From contig CAZRVK010000005.1 of NCBI GenBank assembly GCA_964603585.1, positions 18,609-71,274 on the forward strand: a DNA stretch of 52,666 nucleotides, read 5' to 3'. This DNA comes from an uncultured Planctomycetales bacterium (GTDB lineage: Bacteria > Omnitrophota > Gorgyraeia > Gygaellales > Profunditerraquicolaceae). Positions 15,820 to 25,788 of this stretch are shown in pieces; the stretch's first letter is position 1, and each line of letters begins with the position of its first letter. A program made the position numbers and the translations under genes. The notes under the pieces were generated by a model. It had not been told where the DNA came from, made no database searches, and saw nothing but the letters and a program-made list of their open reading frames with translations.

Positions 15820-16557
15820 ATGATCACCATTAAGACGGAAAATCTCACCCGCAAGTTCGGGGAATTGACTGCCTTGGACAGCCTGGATCTTGAAGTAAGT
15901 GAAGGCGAGATCTTTGGCCTGGTTGGTCCTGACGGGGCAGGTAAAACTACCACTATGCGCCTTTTAACCGGGATCCTGGATCCGACTGCCGGGCAAGCCT
16001 GGGTTTATGATAAGCATACGTTTAAGGAATCCGAAGCCCTAAAAGAAAATATCGCTTATATGTCCCAGCGATTCGGGCTTTACGAGGAATTAAGCGTTCA
16101 GGAGAATATAAATTTCTACGCCGATATTTACGGCGTAGATAAAAAAAAACGCGTTGAAACGATCGACCGGTTGCTTGAGTTTTCTGGACTCCTGCCTTTT
16201 AAACAGCGTTTTGCCGGTAAGCTTTCCGGAGGGATGAAGCAGAAGTTAGGTTTGGCCTGTGCTTTGATCCATACCCCAAAAGTTTTATTTCTGGATGAAC
16301 CCACTAATGGGGTTGATCCGGTTTCCCGCCGTGATTTCTGGAATATCCTCTATGATTTGCTTAAGGAGAAAGTCACCATCTTCTGCTCTACCTGTTATCT
16401 GGATGAAGCCGAACGCTGCGGCCGGGTGGGGCTTATGCATAAGGGCCGGCTTTTACGTTGTGACCCTCCGGGTAAGATTAAAAAGGAATACAATGCTAAA
16501 ACCCTGGAAGAGGCGTTTGTTATTATTATCAAGGAATATGAAGGAAAACACTCTTAA
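15820..16557 (+). CDS. ABC ATP-binding protein (YbhF N-half-like)
   Basis: GPDGAGKTT, LSGGMKQK, LFLDEP; H-loop reads STCY. Confidence 0.93.
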   Translation: MITIKTENLTRKFGELTALDSLDLEVSEGEIFGLVGPDGAGKTTTMRLLTGILDPTAGQAWVYDKHTFKESEALKENIAYMSQRFGLYEELSVQENINFYADIYGVDKKKRVETIDRLLEFSGLLPFKQRFAGKLSGGMKQKLGLACALIHTPKVLFLDEPTNGVDPVSRRDFWNILYDLLKEKVTIFCSTCYLDEAERCGRVGLMHKGRLLRCDPPGKIKKEYNAKTLEEAFVIIIKEYEGKHS

Positions 16558-17503
16558 CAATATCGCGGTTAGCGTATCTGATTTGGAGAAAAAATTCGGA
16601 GGATTTGTTGCGGTTAACCGGATTAATTTCGCTGTCAACCAAGGAGAGATCTTTGGTTTTTTAGGGCCTAACGGTGCGGGAAAATCTACCACCATCAGGA
16701 TGCTTTGCGGGATACTTAAGCCTACCTCCGGCAGCGGCAAGGTGGGGGGATTCGATATAATCAAGGAACAGGATAAAATAAAGGAAAATATCGGGTATAT
16801 GTCGCAAAAGTTTTCACTCTATAACGATTTGACTATCGAGGAGAATATTAATTTCTACAGCGGTATATACAAAATCCCTAAGAAGGACAAAGAGTCTCGT
16901 TTCAAAGAAACTATTCTTACTGCCGGCCTTGAAGGTATGGAGTCAAACCTGACCGCGACACTTGCCGGTGGATGGAAACAGCGGCTTGCCCTGGGGTGCG
17001 CGCTAATTCATAAGCCAAAGATAATCTTTCTCGATGAGCCTACTTCCGGGGTTGATCCGATAACCCGCGCTAACTTTTGGGGGGTAATTAAGGGCCTGGC
17101 CGCGCAAGGGGTAACGGTTTTTGTCACCACGCATTATATGGATGAAGCGGAAAACTGTAATCGCATGGTGATCATTTATCACGGAACGATTATTGCCAGC
17201 GGTACTCCCCAGGAGATGAAAACCAAATGTATGAAAAATGATGTGCTTGAGATAACCTTAGCTGATGCGCAAAAGTGGCTTGAGAAGATCAGTAAGATCA
17301 AAGGGATCAAAGAAGCGGCGCTTTTCGGGGCCAATATCCATACAGTTGTCGATGACAGCGCTCAAGCTATCCCTGAACTAAAAGAGTTCTTGAAAAAAGA
17401 GAATATAGGGGAGTTCAGTGTGAATAAGATCCTCCCTTCGCTAGAGGATGTGTTTGTTTCATCAATAGAGAATTATGATCGTTCAGAGCTTAAAAAGAAT
17501 TAG
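16538..17503 (+). CDS. ABC ATP-binding protein (YbhF C-half-like)
   Basis: GPNGAGKST, LAGGWKQR, FLDEP, TTHY; ATG 16538 with AAGGA RBS preferred over 16295. Confidence 0.93.
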   Translation: MKENTLNNIAVSVSDLEKKFGGFVAVNRINFAVNQGEIFGFLGPNGAGKSTTIRMLCGILKPTSGSGKVGGFDIIKEQDKIKENIGYMSQKFSLYNDLTIEENINFYSGIYKIPKKDKESRFKETILTAGLEGMESNLTATLAGGWKQRLALGCALIHKPKIIFLDEPTSGVDPITRANFWGVIKGLAAQGVTVFVTTHYMDEAENCNRMVIIYHGTIIASGTPQEMKTKCMKNDVLEITLADAQKWLEKISKIKGIKEAALFGANIHTVVDDSAQAIPELKEFLKKENIGEFSVNKILPSLEDVFVSSIENYDRSELKKN

Positions 17504-18617
17504 AGCTATCGCTTTAAAAGAGTTTATTCAGATCAAACGTGATCCGCGCAGCCTTGGCCTTGCGCTGGGGATCCCGATATTCCTTTTGCTCATTTTTGGC
17601 TATGGACTTTCTTTGGATATTGATCATGTACGCACGGTGATTTGGAACCAGGACGCTTCTTCAAAAGTTACGCGGGATTTCCTGCTCAATTTCAAGAATT
17701 CAAAATATTTCAATATTGTCGGGTATACGGATAATTACCGGGATATCCAGCATATGATAGACAGCGCAGAGGTGATGATGGCGATAGTGGTCCCTAAGGA
17801 TTTCTCACGTTATTTGGAATCCGGCAAGACTGCCCAGTTGCAGCTGATCGTAGATGGCAGTGATGCCAATACTGCGACTATCGCGATGGGGTATGTGCGT
17901 ACAGTGGTTGCCAATTATAACGTTTCGTTATTGAACACTGCCTTTGAATCGCATGGGTTTTTGCCTCCCCGGGCAGTGGATGCTCGATCGAGAGTCTGGT
18001 TCAATATGGGATTGACCAGTACCTGGTTTATCGTCCCTGGGGTAATTGCGATGATCATTATGATCATCGCCGCTCTTTTGACATCTATCTGTATTGCCCG
18101 GGAGTGGGAAAGAGGTACGATGGAACAGTTGATTTCTACTCCGGTAAAAGCGCCGGAACTGGTAATCGGTAAGTTTCTGCCATACTTTGCCATTGGTTTC
18201 TTCGATCTGGCGGTAGGGGTGTTGATGGCCAGGTTTTTATTCCATGTTCCTTTCCGGGGGAGTTATTTTTTACTTATCATCTTAAGCGCGCTTTTTCTTA
18301 CCGGGGCTTTATCGCAGGGGATATTGATCTCGGTAGTTGCCCGGACACAGCTCATGGCCTCTCAAATGGCCAGTTTGACTACGATGATCCCGACAATAAT
18401 CCTTTCCGGGTTTATCTATCCGATATTCAATATGCCCAAGGCGCTTCAGTTGGTCACCTATTTTATCCCTGCACGCTATTATATTATCGTAAACCGGGAG
18501 TTATTCTTAAAAGGAGGAGGGATCTCCACATTGTGGGATGATGCGATATTCCTGCTGTTGTTTGCTTTGATAATGTTTTTTTTGGCGGTAAAGAAATTCA
18601 AGAAGAAAGTAGCCTAA
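17475..18617 (+). CDS. ABC-2 permease (YbhS-like)
   Basis: KEFIQIKRD, VDGSDANTA, REWERGTMEQL, GKFLPY. Confidence 0.93.
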   Translation: MIVQSLKRIRAIALKEFIQIKRDPRSLGLALGIPIFLLLIFGYGLSLDIDHVRTVIWNQDASSKVTRDFLLNFKNSKYFNIVGYTDNYRDIQHMIDSAEVMMAIVVPKDFSRYLESGKTAQLQLIVDGSDANTATIAMGYVRTVVANYNVSLLNTAFESHGFLPPRAVDARSRVWFNMGLTSTWFIVPGVIAMIIMIIAALLTSICIAREWERGTMEQLISTPVKAPELVIGKFLPYFAIGFFDLAVGVLMARFLFHVPFRGSYFLLIILSALFLTGALSQGILISVVARTQLMASQMASLTTMIPTIILSGFIYPIFNMPKALQLVTYFIPARYYIIVNRELFLKGGGISTLWDDAIFLLLFALIMFFLAVKKFKKKVA

Positions 18618-18627
18618 GAGGAGACTG

Positions 18628-19755
18628 ATGTTTGAACGTGCCAGAGCGATATTTATAAAGGAATTCAAACAGATCTTCCGCGACCCGCGGATGAAGACGG
18701 TTATTTTTATCAGTCCTCTTTTTCAGATCATTTTGTTCGGATATGCCGCCAATAAAGATATTAACTATGTTCCTACCGCTATCTTTGACCGTGATAATAC
18801 TGTAGAGAGCCGTGAGCTTTTACGCAGGTTTACCTTTTCCAAGTATTTTGTCCCGAAAAAATATATTTATAATGAGCCCGAACAGGACTATCTTTTAAAC
18901 AGGGGTGAGGTGATCTCGGTCATTCATATTGACCGGGGGTTTGGCCGTGCACTTAACGCCGGTAAGCCTGCGAACATACAATTATCCTTTGACGGATCGG
19001 ATTCAAATACTGCGATGATCGTAATGGGCTATGCCAATACCATTATCAGCCAATACCAGTATGATGTGTTAAGGCAAAAGGCTGCGTTAAAAGGGCTAAT
19101 TGCAAGTGTCGCGAATGTGGAGTTGAGGGACCGGGCCTGGTTTAACGGCAATCTTGTTTCGACTAATTACTATCTGCCGGGGGTGATTGCGACTGTCGTA
19201 ACCATGATGTCTTTATTGTTGAGCGCTATGGCGATCGTCAAAGAAAAAGAGATCGGCACGATGGAACAGCTTATTGTCAGCCCGTTAAAGCCGATCGAAC
19301 TGATTGTAGGCAAACTGCTTCCATTCGGGATCATTGCGCTTATTCAGATCACCCTGGTTACATTACTCGGAGTGCTTTGGTTTCACGTCCCTTTAAGAGG
19401 CAACCTTATATTTCTGTTGTTTTCCACCTGTATATATTTATTCACTACTTTAGGCATAGGCTTGTTTATCTCTACGGTATCTGCGACCCAGCAGGAAGCG
19501 ATGATGTCGGTGTTCCTTTTTTATATGCCAACCGTTCTTTTATCGGGGTTTGCTTATCCGATCAATAATATGCCCAAGTTGATCCAGTGGTTTACTGTTT
19601 TCAATCCCTTACGCTATTTTATGGTGCTTATCCGCAGTATTTTCTTAAAAGGTATCGGGATCGAGATCCTCTGGACCCAACTTTTGCCATTACTGTTGAT
19701 GGGGGTATTAGTGATCACTTTCAGCACAATCCGTTTTAAGCGGAGTATGGGATAA
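18628..19755 (+). CDS. ABC-2 permease (YbhR-like)
   Basis: KEFKQIFRD, DGSDSNTA, KEKEIGTMEQL, NPLRYF. Confidence 0.93.
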   Translation: MFERARAIFIKEFKQIFRDPRMKTVIFISPLFQIILFGYAANKDINYVPTAIFDRDNTVESRELLRRFTFSKYFVPKKYIYNEPEQDYLLNRGEVISVIHIDRGFGRALNAGKPANIQLSFDGSDSNTAMIVMGYANTIISQYQYDVLRQKAALKGLIASVANVELRDRAWFNGNLVSTNYYLPGVIATVVTMMSLLLSAMAIVKEKEIGTMEQLIVSPLKPIELIVGKLLPFGIIALIQITLVTLLGVLWFHVPLRGNLIFLLFSTCIYLFTTLGIGLFISTVSATQQEAMMSVFLFYMPTVLLSGFAYPINNMPKLIQWFTVFNPLRYFMVLIRSIFLKGIGIEILWTQLLPLLLMGVLVITFSTIRFKRSMG

Positions 19756-19796
19756 ATCACCCGGGTTTATCCATTGTCCGGAGGAGACATAAGTAA

Positions 19797-20210
19797 ATGA
19801 AAATATCGAAAGAATCCATTATCAGGATCACATTCACTGTTATATTGCTGTTACTTTTTCTTTTTGCCAACATTTATACCTTCCGGCAGCTTTCCCGTAC
19901 CGGGCTTGAACTGTATTTTTACGATAAATTATTGGTTGCTTACCAAAGTGCCGGCCTGGCAGGTTTCAACAATGAGCTGGAGAGGATGCTTTTAGAGGAT
20001 AAGATGCCCAAGGAAGCGGTTCTTGCCAAGGAATTTCAGGCTAATTTGAATAAAATAGGCCCGGTAGATAAATTCTTAAAAGAAGTGATACAAGACAAGA
20101 AGATGAGGATTAACCATCTCAACCTGATGCGCAGAATCGCGTTTATTCTTATCCTCCTGATCATATCTTTTCGCCTGGCAGTTAATCTTTATTTTAGAAA
20201 GCGTAAATAA
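19797..20210 (+). CDS. Hypothetical membrane protein (2 TM)
   Basis: GGAGGAG RBS; hydrophobic segments at both ends. Confidence 0.75.
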   Translation: MKISKESIIRITFTVILLLLFLFANIYTFRQLSRTGLELYFYDKLLVAYQSAGLAGFNNELERMLLEDKMPKEAVLAKEFQANLNKIGPVDKFLKEVIQDKKMRINHLNLMRRIAFILILLIISFRLAVNLYFRKRK

Positions 20211-20283
20211 AACCGGATTCCGCTGGATTTTCTTATCTATGTGGGTTTTGTGATAATTATAGCCTGCGAGGAATGCTTGTTCT

Positions 20284-20306
20284 GTAGGGGCGGTCGTAAC
20301 CGCCCC
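20284..20306 (+). repeat. GTAG-type REP hairpin
   Basis: gtaggggcggtcgtaaccgcccc. Confidence 0.85.
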
Positions 20307-20375
20307 ATTTTCATAGTAAGAAAACGGTTAATAATCCTGGTGGGGGGATAATATATAGTTTGTTCTACGTGAATC

Positions 20376-20403
20376 GTAGGGGATGGTCGCGACCATCCAC
20401 TAC
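20376..20403 (+). repeat. GTAG-type REP hairpin (compensatory variant)
   Basis: gtaggggatggtcgcgaccatccactac. Confidence 0.85.
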
Positions 20404-20407
20404 AAAT

Positions 20408-20467
20408 AAAGGGGACGTTGCAATAAAGGGGACGCCTGCCTGCCGGCAGGCAGGTTTCTATTTTTCC
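20408..20467 (+). repeat. GGGGACGTTTCTA element locus B: truncated copy plus interrupted solo arm
   Basis: aaaggggacgtt (20408-19), then aaaggggacg[20-bp insert]tttctatttttcc. Confidence 0.9.
20435..20454. mobile_element. 20-bp perfect palindrome CCTGCCTGCCGGCAGGCAGG inserted in locus B
   Basis: Self-complementary; removing it restores the consensus arm exactly. Confidence 0.8.
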
Positions 20468-20526
20468 TATAATTCGCCCGCCGTTGTGTTATAATAACTT
20501 TCCTGATTAAAAGGAGTTTGTATCTT

Positions 20527-22512
20527 ATGTCTGATTTATTTAAAGAGCTTAATCCTGCCCAGCTTGAGGCGGTTCAATCTACTGAAGGACCGCATCTGAT
20601 TATTGCCGGTGCAGGGTCTGGTAAGACCCGGGTTTTGGTTTACCGGGTAGCATATCTTGTGCAAAAGGGGGTACGCCCGGATGAGATCCTCTTGCTTACT
20701 TTTACCCGTAAGGCCTCGGAAGAGATGCTTAAGCGCGCTTCTTTATTGCTGGATGAGCGCTGCCAGAGAGTTGCCGGAGGTACATTCCATTCTTTTGCTA
20801 ATATGCTTCTGCGTAAATATGCCGCTATTTTAGGTTTTTCCAATAATTTCACCATTCTTGATCAGTCTGATGCCGAAGACACCGTAAACCTTGTGCGCAC
20901 ACAGTTAGGGTATCATAAGATGGATAAACGTTTCCCCCGTAAAAAGGTTTTACTTGAAGTGATCTCGAAAAGCCTCAATAAATCACAGGATATCGGCGAT
21001 GTGCTTTATGAAGAGTATCCGCAGTTTATGGAGTGGCTTGAGGATATAAAGAAGATCAGAGATGAATATACAAAATACAAACAGGCTAAATCGCTTCTGG
21101 ATTATGATGACCTGCTGGTTTATTTAAAGAACCTGCTTCATCTGCATGCAGATGTGCGGAATTCTTTGTCACGTAAATACCGTTATATTATGGTGGATGA
21201 GTATCAGGATACGAATAAACTGCAGGCCCAGATCGTTTATCTTTTATCTTCGGCTCATAAGAATATCATGGTGGTTGGCGACGATTCGCAGAGCATTTAT
21301 TCCTTCCGCGGGGCGAATTTCAAGAACATCATTGATTTTCCCAAAATATTTGAGGGCGCCAAGATTATTACTTTAGAGGAAAACTACCGTTCCACTCAGC
21401 CGATCCTGAATTTAACCAATGAAGTGATCCGTTTTTCGGAGGAGAAATTCGAAAAAAACCTTTTTACCCGCAAGGCGGGAAGTAAACTTCCTGTGTTTGT
21501 GGATGCGCAAAATGAAAACGCGCAGTCCAGGTATATTGCGGATAAAATACTCGAATTGCGGGAAGAAGGGGTGGAATTAAAAGACATGGCTGTGCTTTTC
21601 AGGTCCGGATGGCATTCTAACGACCTGGAGATCGAGCTTGCCAGCCGTAATATCCCTTTTGTAAAATATGGTGGGCAAAAGTTCGTTGAGGCCGCGCATA
21701 TCAAGGATGTGATCTCGTATTTGCGTATTGTTTATAACCTGTTTGATGCAGTGAGTTGGCAAAGGGTGCTGTTATTGATGCGCGGAGTAGGGCCAAAGAC
21801 CGCTGAACGCATTATTAGCGAGATCACTTTGAGCAAGAAAACCGATGTTTTAGACAAAAAACTTCTGCAAAAATCCGAGGATATCCCGGCATTGTTCGTT
21901 CTTTTAGATAAGATCGATCCTGCGCATCAAGGCCCGGCAGAAATGATCCGCCTGTTCCTGGAGTATTACCAGCCGTTATTAAAAGACAAATACGATGATT
22001 TTAATAAACGCTTGAATGACCTGGATTCTTTGGAGCGTATTGCTTCGCGGTATAATTCTTTAGAACATTTTCTTACCGATATGGCTTTAGAGCCTCCGGA
22101 AAGAAGTATCTTTGAAGCCGGTAATAATGACCGGGATGACGATCCTCTTACTCTTTCTACCATTCATTCGGCAAAGGGGCTTGAGTGGCATACGGTATTC
22201 TTGATCTATGTAGCAGAGGGTCATTTGCCTTCGTATCTATCAATGGAAAACAAGGATGCGATTGAAGAGGAACGGCGGCTTTTTTATGTGGCAATGACCC
22301 GGGCTAAGGAGAACCTTTTTTTATTAAAGCCGCAGATTGACCGTGCGGCGCGAAGTTATATTAGCGGCCGGGAAAACTTCTCCGTGTTCACCGAAGTCTC
22401 ACGTTTTCTTGCCGCCGGAAGGATCATGCATAAATTCATTGATATCGAAGCCTCTGGGGATGCGCCCCAAAGCGAACTCGATGATATTGACCTGGAAGAT
22501 GTCTTTGATTAG
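20527..22512 (+). CDS. UvrD/PcrA-family (SF1) DNA helicase
   Basis: AGAGSGKT, LLTFTRKA, VDEYQD, VGDDSQSIYSFRGA, NYRS, TIHSAKGLEW, EERRLFYVAMTRA. Confidence 0.95.
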   Translation: MSDLFKELNPAQLEAVQSTEGPHLIIAGAGSGKTRVLVYRVAYLVQKGVRPDEILLLTFTRKASEEMLKRASLLLDERCQRVAGGTFHSFANMLLRKYAAILGFSNNFTILDQSDAEDTVNLVRTQLGYHKMDKRFPRKKVLLEVISKSLNKSQDIGDVLYEEYPQFMEWLEDIKKIRDEYTKYKQAKSLLDYDDLLVYLKNLLHLHADVRNSLSRKYRYIMVDEYQDTNKLQAQIVYLLSSAHKNIMVVGDDSQSIYSFRGANFKNIIDFPKIFEGAKIITLEENYRSTQPILNLTNEVIRFSEEKFEKNLFTRKAGSKLPVFVDAQNENAQSRYIADKILELREEGVELKDMAVLFRSGWHSNDLEIELASRNIPFVKYGGQKFVEAAHIKDVISYLRIVYNLFDAVSWQRVLLLMRGVGPKTAERIISEITLSKKTDVLDKKLLQKSEDIPALFVLLDKIDPAHQGPAEMIRLFLEYYQPLLKDKYDDFNKRLNDLDSLERIASRYNSLEHFLTDMALEPPERSIFEAGNNDRDDDPLTLSTIHSAKGLEWHTVFLIYVAEGHLPSYLSMENKDAIEEERRLFYVAMTRAKENLFLLKPQIDRAARSYISGRENFSVFTEVSRFLAAGRIMHKFIDIEASGDAPQSELDDIDLEDVFD

Positions 22513-22584
22513 CCGAATAATGGTTGCTGGAGGCTTTTAGGCATGGTAATATATGACGAAAGCATGATTTAGAAAGGATCGATA

Positions 22585-23187
22585 ATGAACCGCCTGAAGA
22601 AATATTTGATCACCGGACTTTTAGTGATCGCGCCGATTTTTCTGACGCTCTGGGTGTTATTTATAATCTTTAAATTCGCGGATAGTATTTTAGGACGCTT
22701 CATCAACACATATATTAAAGCCGAGCTGGGGTTTAATATCCCTGGGATAGGGGTCTTACTTTCCCTGGGTATTATCATTTTAGTCGGTTTTTTTGCCAGG
22801 TTCCTGGTTGGCAAGAAGATATTCCCTACTTTTGAAAGATGGTTTTGCGCTTTACCGTTTGTAAAGAATATCTACCCGGCATTTAAACAGCTGGTTTCAT
22901 TTATGTTAGCACAAAAGGAATTCGGCTTTAAACGGGTGGTGCTGGTAGAGTATCCTTCAAAAGGGATTTGGTCTTTGGGTTTCTTGACTAATGATAAGCA
23001 TGAGTTGATCAGTTTGGAATGTGATAAGGAAATGGTCCCTGTTTTTATCCCGACTACTCCGGGCCCGTTCTCCGGATTTGTGGTGTTTGTGCCGCGCCAA
23101 GAGGTCAAATTCATTAAAATGCCGGTTACAGAAGCCCTGAAGATAATTATTTCCGGAGGGGTCTTTCGGGATGAACTTAATAAATAG
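22585..23187 (+). CDS. DUF502 membrane protein
   Basis: YLITGLLVIAPI, VVLVEYP, VFIPTTPGPFSG, ALKIIISGG. Confidence 0.9.
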   Translation: MNRLKKYLITGLLVIAPIFLTLWVLFIIFKFADSILGRFINTYIKAELGFNIPGIGVLLSLGIIILVGFFARFLVGKKIFPTFERWFCALPFVKNIYPAFKQLVSFMLAQKEFGFKRVVLVEYPSKGIWSLGFLTNDKHELISLECDKEMVPVFIPTTPGPFSGFVVFVPRQEVKFIKMPVTEALKIIISGGVFRDELNK

Positions 23188-23225
23188 GTATAGTTTTTGA
23201 TTTATTTTATAAGAGGGGGATAATT

Positions 23226-23702
23226 ATGGATTCCGGAGATGTTTATTTGACGAGATCTGGATATGAAAAACTGGTTCAGGACCTTGAGCATCTTAAGACC
23301 GTAAAAAGGCGGGAAATCTCAAAGGCGATCGGTGAGGCCAGGGCGCATGGCGATATCAGTGAAAATGCCGAATACGATGCCGCTAAAGACGCACAAGGGA
23401 TGAATGAAAAAAAGATCGCCGATCTTGAAACTAAACTTGCGCATGCGCGTATTCTCGATGATACCAATATGTCTACGGATGAGGTTTTGATCGGAGCTAC
23501 GGTTAAACTTCAGGACCTGGATACTTCTGAAGAGATGGAGTACACCTTTGTTTCTGAAATGGAAGCCGATTACACGCAGAACAAGATATCTGTAACGTCT
23601 CCGGTAGGAAAAGGGTTGCTGGGGCATAAACTGGGGGAAGTAGTAGAAATTCCAATCCCTGCAGGAACGTTAAAATACAAGATTTTGAATATTTCACGAT
23701 AA
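23226..23702 (+). CDS. greA: Transcription elongation factor GreA
   Basis: ARAHGDISENAEYDAAK, ISVTSPVGKGL. Confidence 0.97.
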   Translation: MDSGDVYLTRSGYEKLVQDLEHLKTVKRREISKAIGEARAHGDISENAEYDAAKDAQGMNEKKIADLETKLAHARILDDTNMSTDEVLIGATVKLQDLDTSEEMEYTFVSEMEADYTQNKISVTSPVGKGLLGHKLGEVVEIPIPAGTLKYKILNISR

Positions 23703-23731
23703 TCATAAGGCGCGAGGCTTAAAATAAATTA

Positions 23732-24499
23732 ATGCGCATATTAAGGCTGGCGTATAGACATAAAGAATGTTGGGGCCTGTTAGAGGCGGGTTTAGTCAAA
23801 GTACTAAAATACCCGCCTTTTTCGCGTATTGTGTTTAACGGGGATAAAATTCCTTTTGGGAAAATCGAATTATTGCCTCCAGTTTATCCCAGTAAGGTTG
23901 TTTTAGCCGGGCTTAATTACATCGATCATGCTCGGGAAATGAAGATGCATCTACCCGAAGAGCCTCTGATCTTTCTTAAACCCCCTACTTCAGTTATTGC
24001 TTCCGGAGGCGATATAATTTATCCTGATTTCGCGACCCGGGTGGAATACGAAGCAGAATTGGCCGTGGTAATAAAAAAAGAAGCTAAAACCATCAGAGAA
24101 GATGAGGTAAATGAATATATCTTAGGTTATACCTGCCTTAATGATGTAACTGAACGCGATCTGCAGAAAAAAGACGGCCAGTGGACGCGCGCAAAGTCAT
24201 TTGACACTTTTTGTCCCATTGGCCCCTGGGTAGAGACTGAAATTGATCCATCGAACCTGGCGATCAAGGCTTATCTTAATGGCCAACTGCGCCAGGATTC
24301 ATCAACCAGTAATTTTATTTTTCCGGTGAACCGGCTGGTTTCTTTTATTTCGCAGGTTATGACCCTTTTGCCAGGGGATGTAATCTCGACTGGTACCCCT
24401 GCCGGAGTAGGGCAGATGCATCCAGAGGATATCATTGAAGTGGAGATATCCGGGATAGGTAAGCTGACCAATACTGTGAAAAAGGCTTGTTCGGCATAA
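23732..24499 (+). CDS. Fumarylacetoacetate hydrolase family protein
   Basis: GLNYIDH, FLKP, EYEAEL, NDVTERD, AKSFDTFCP, STGTPAGVG. Confidence 0.93.
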   Translation: MRILRLAYRHKECWGLLEAGLVKVLKYPPFSRIVFNGDKIPFGKIELLPPVYPSKVVLAGLNYIDHAREMKMHLPEEPLIFLKPPTSVIASGGDIIYPDFATRVEYEAELAVVIKKEAKTIREDEVNEYILGYTCLNDVTERDLQKKDGQWTRAKSFDTFCPIGPWVETEIDPSNLAIKAYLNGQLRQDSSTSNFIFPVNRLVSFISQVMTLLPGDVISTGTPAGVGQMHPEDIIEVEISGIGKLTNTVKKACSA

Positions 24500-24521
24500 T
24501 CCAGCATGTTATATTGTGTCC

Positions 24522-25298
24522 ATGAAAATGAGATCATCCATTAAATTATTTATTTCATGCTTGGGGAACGCGGTGTTTTTGTCTGTATTTTCCTCCGCGG
24601 GGTTTGCTGATATGCTTTACTTGAAGAATGGGCGCAGCCTGGAGGGGATCATAAAAAAACAAAGCTCCGAACAAATTGAGCTAGACGTTGGTTTTGGTTC
24701 GGTTACTTTCGAAAAAAGCGCCATTGACAGGATCCATATGTCTACGCCTGAAGAATTTGCCAGGATAAAAGAGAAATGGCAGGTTGAAAAAGTTAAATCC
24801 GAACTAATGCGCGAACGTGCCGAGGAAGAAAGGAACCGGCAGATCGCTTTGTGGAAACAGCGGCATGACAAAGAATTAGAAGACGCGCAATTTGACCCCA
24901 AAGAGATAGCCGCTGCCAAAAGCTCTGGGCATATGATGGTAGAGGCACTTTTAAATAAAAAAGTAACCGCGACCCTGATGGTGGATACGGGTGCGTCTTT
25001 AATGGTATTGACCCGAAAGACGGCGCGGAACCTGGGGATTAATCTTGATACCGAAGGCGCAGATGTAATAATGCAGGTGGCGGATGGCCGTAAGATCAAA
25101 GCCAAATATGTGGTTTTAGAGACTGTCAGTATTAAGGATGTGGTAGCGGAAAAAGTAGAGGCAGCAGTTTTATTGGATAAAACAACCGATTATGGCTTTA
25201 AGGATGGCCTGTTGGGGATGTCTTTCTTACGCCGGTTCAATTTTAAATTCGATTACAATAAAGGAAGCCTGGTGCTGGAAAAGCTTCGTTCTTCTTGA
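24522..25298 (+). CDS. Exported retropepsin-like (clan AA) aspartic protease
   Basis: Signal peptide; MVDTGAS catalytic motif; GLLGMSFL. Confidence 0.88.
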   Translation: MKMRSSIKLFISCLGNAVFLSVFSSAGFADMLYLKNGRSLEGIIKKQSSEQIELDVGFGSVTFEKSAIDRIHMSTPEEFARIKEKWQVEKVKSELMRERAEEERNRQIALWKQRHDKELEDAQFDPKEIAAAKSSGHMMVEALLNKKVTATLMVDTGASLMVLTRKTARNLGINLDTEGADVIMQVADGRKIKAKYVVLETVSIKDVVAEKVEAAVLLDKTTDYGFKDGLLGMSFLRRFNFKFDYNKGSLVLEKLRSS

Positions 25299-25329
25299 GT
25301 TGTTTTCTAACCTGCCCGGAATAAACAAG

Positions 25330-25758
25330 ATGCCTGTATTCATATTTGCGGCGATACTGTTTCATATTTGCGGCTCTTTTAGCTATGCGGAGGTTTATCC
25401 TTCCAGAGTCTGTATGCAAAATGTCTGCGTGCAGGTAGAGGTGGCAAAGAATTTCGAGGAAAGATCTGCCGGTCTTATGTCGCGGAAGAGCCTTCCGGAT
25501 GAGTCCGGGATGCTTTTTATTTTTGATCAGGCAGGATTTTATAATTTCTGGATGAAAAACATGCTGATCCCCCTGGATATTATTTGGATCGCAGATGACA
25601 GAACCGTTATTGATATCGCTAAATATGCTTATCCTTGCACAAAAGAATGTTTAAGCTTTAGCCCGAAGGCACCGGCTAAATATGTCTTAGAGGTTAATTC
25701 TGGTTTTTGCGATAAGAACAAGATTCAGACAGGGCAAAAGGTGGCTTTTAAGGATTGA
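25330..25758 (+). CDS. DUF192 protein
   Basis: VEVA..RSAGLM, GMLFIF, FWMKNMLIPLDIIWI, YVLEVNSG. Confidence 0.92.
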   Translation: MPVFIFAAILFHICGSFSYAEVYPSRVCMQNVCVQVEVAKNFEERSAGLMSRKSLPDESGMLFIFDQAGFYNFWMKNMLIPLDIIWIADDRTVIDIAKYAYPCTKECLSFSPKAPAKYVLEVNSGFCDKNKIQTGQKVAFKD

Positions 25759-25788
25759 AACTAGATCTGCCGTATTCTGTGATCTAAA

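Noticed and set aside
20348-20363. Possible NrdR box (ggataatatatagttt)
   Set aside because: Lacks the conserved C of the left half-site and is not next to nrd genes.
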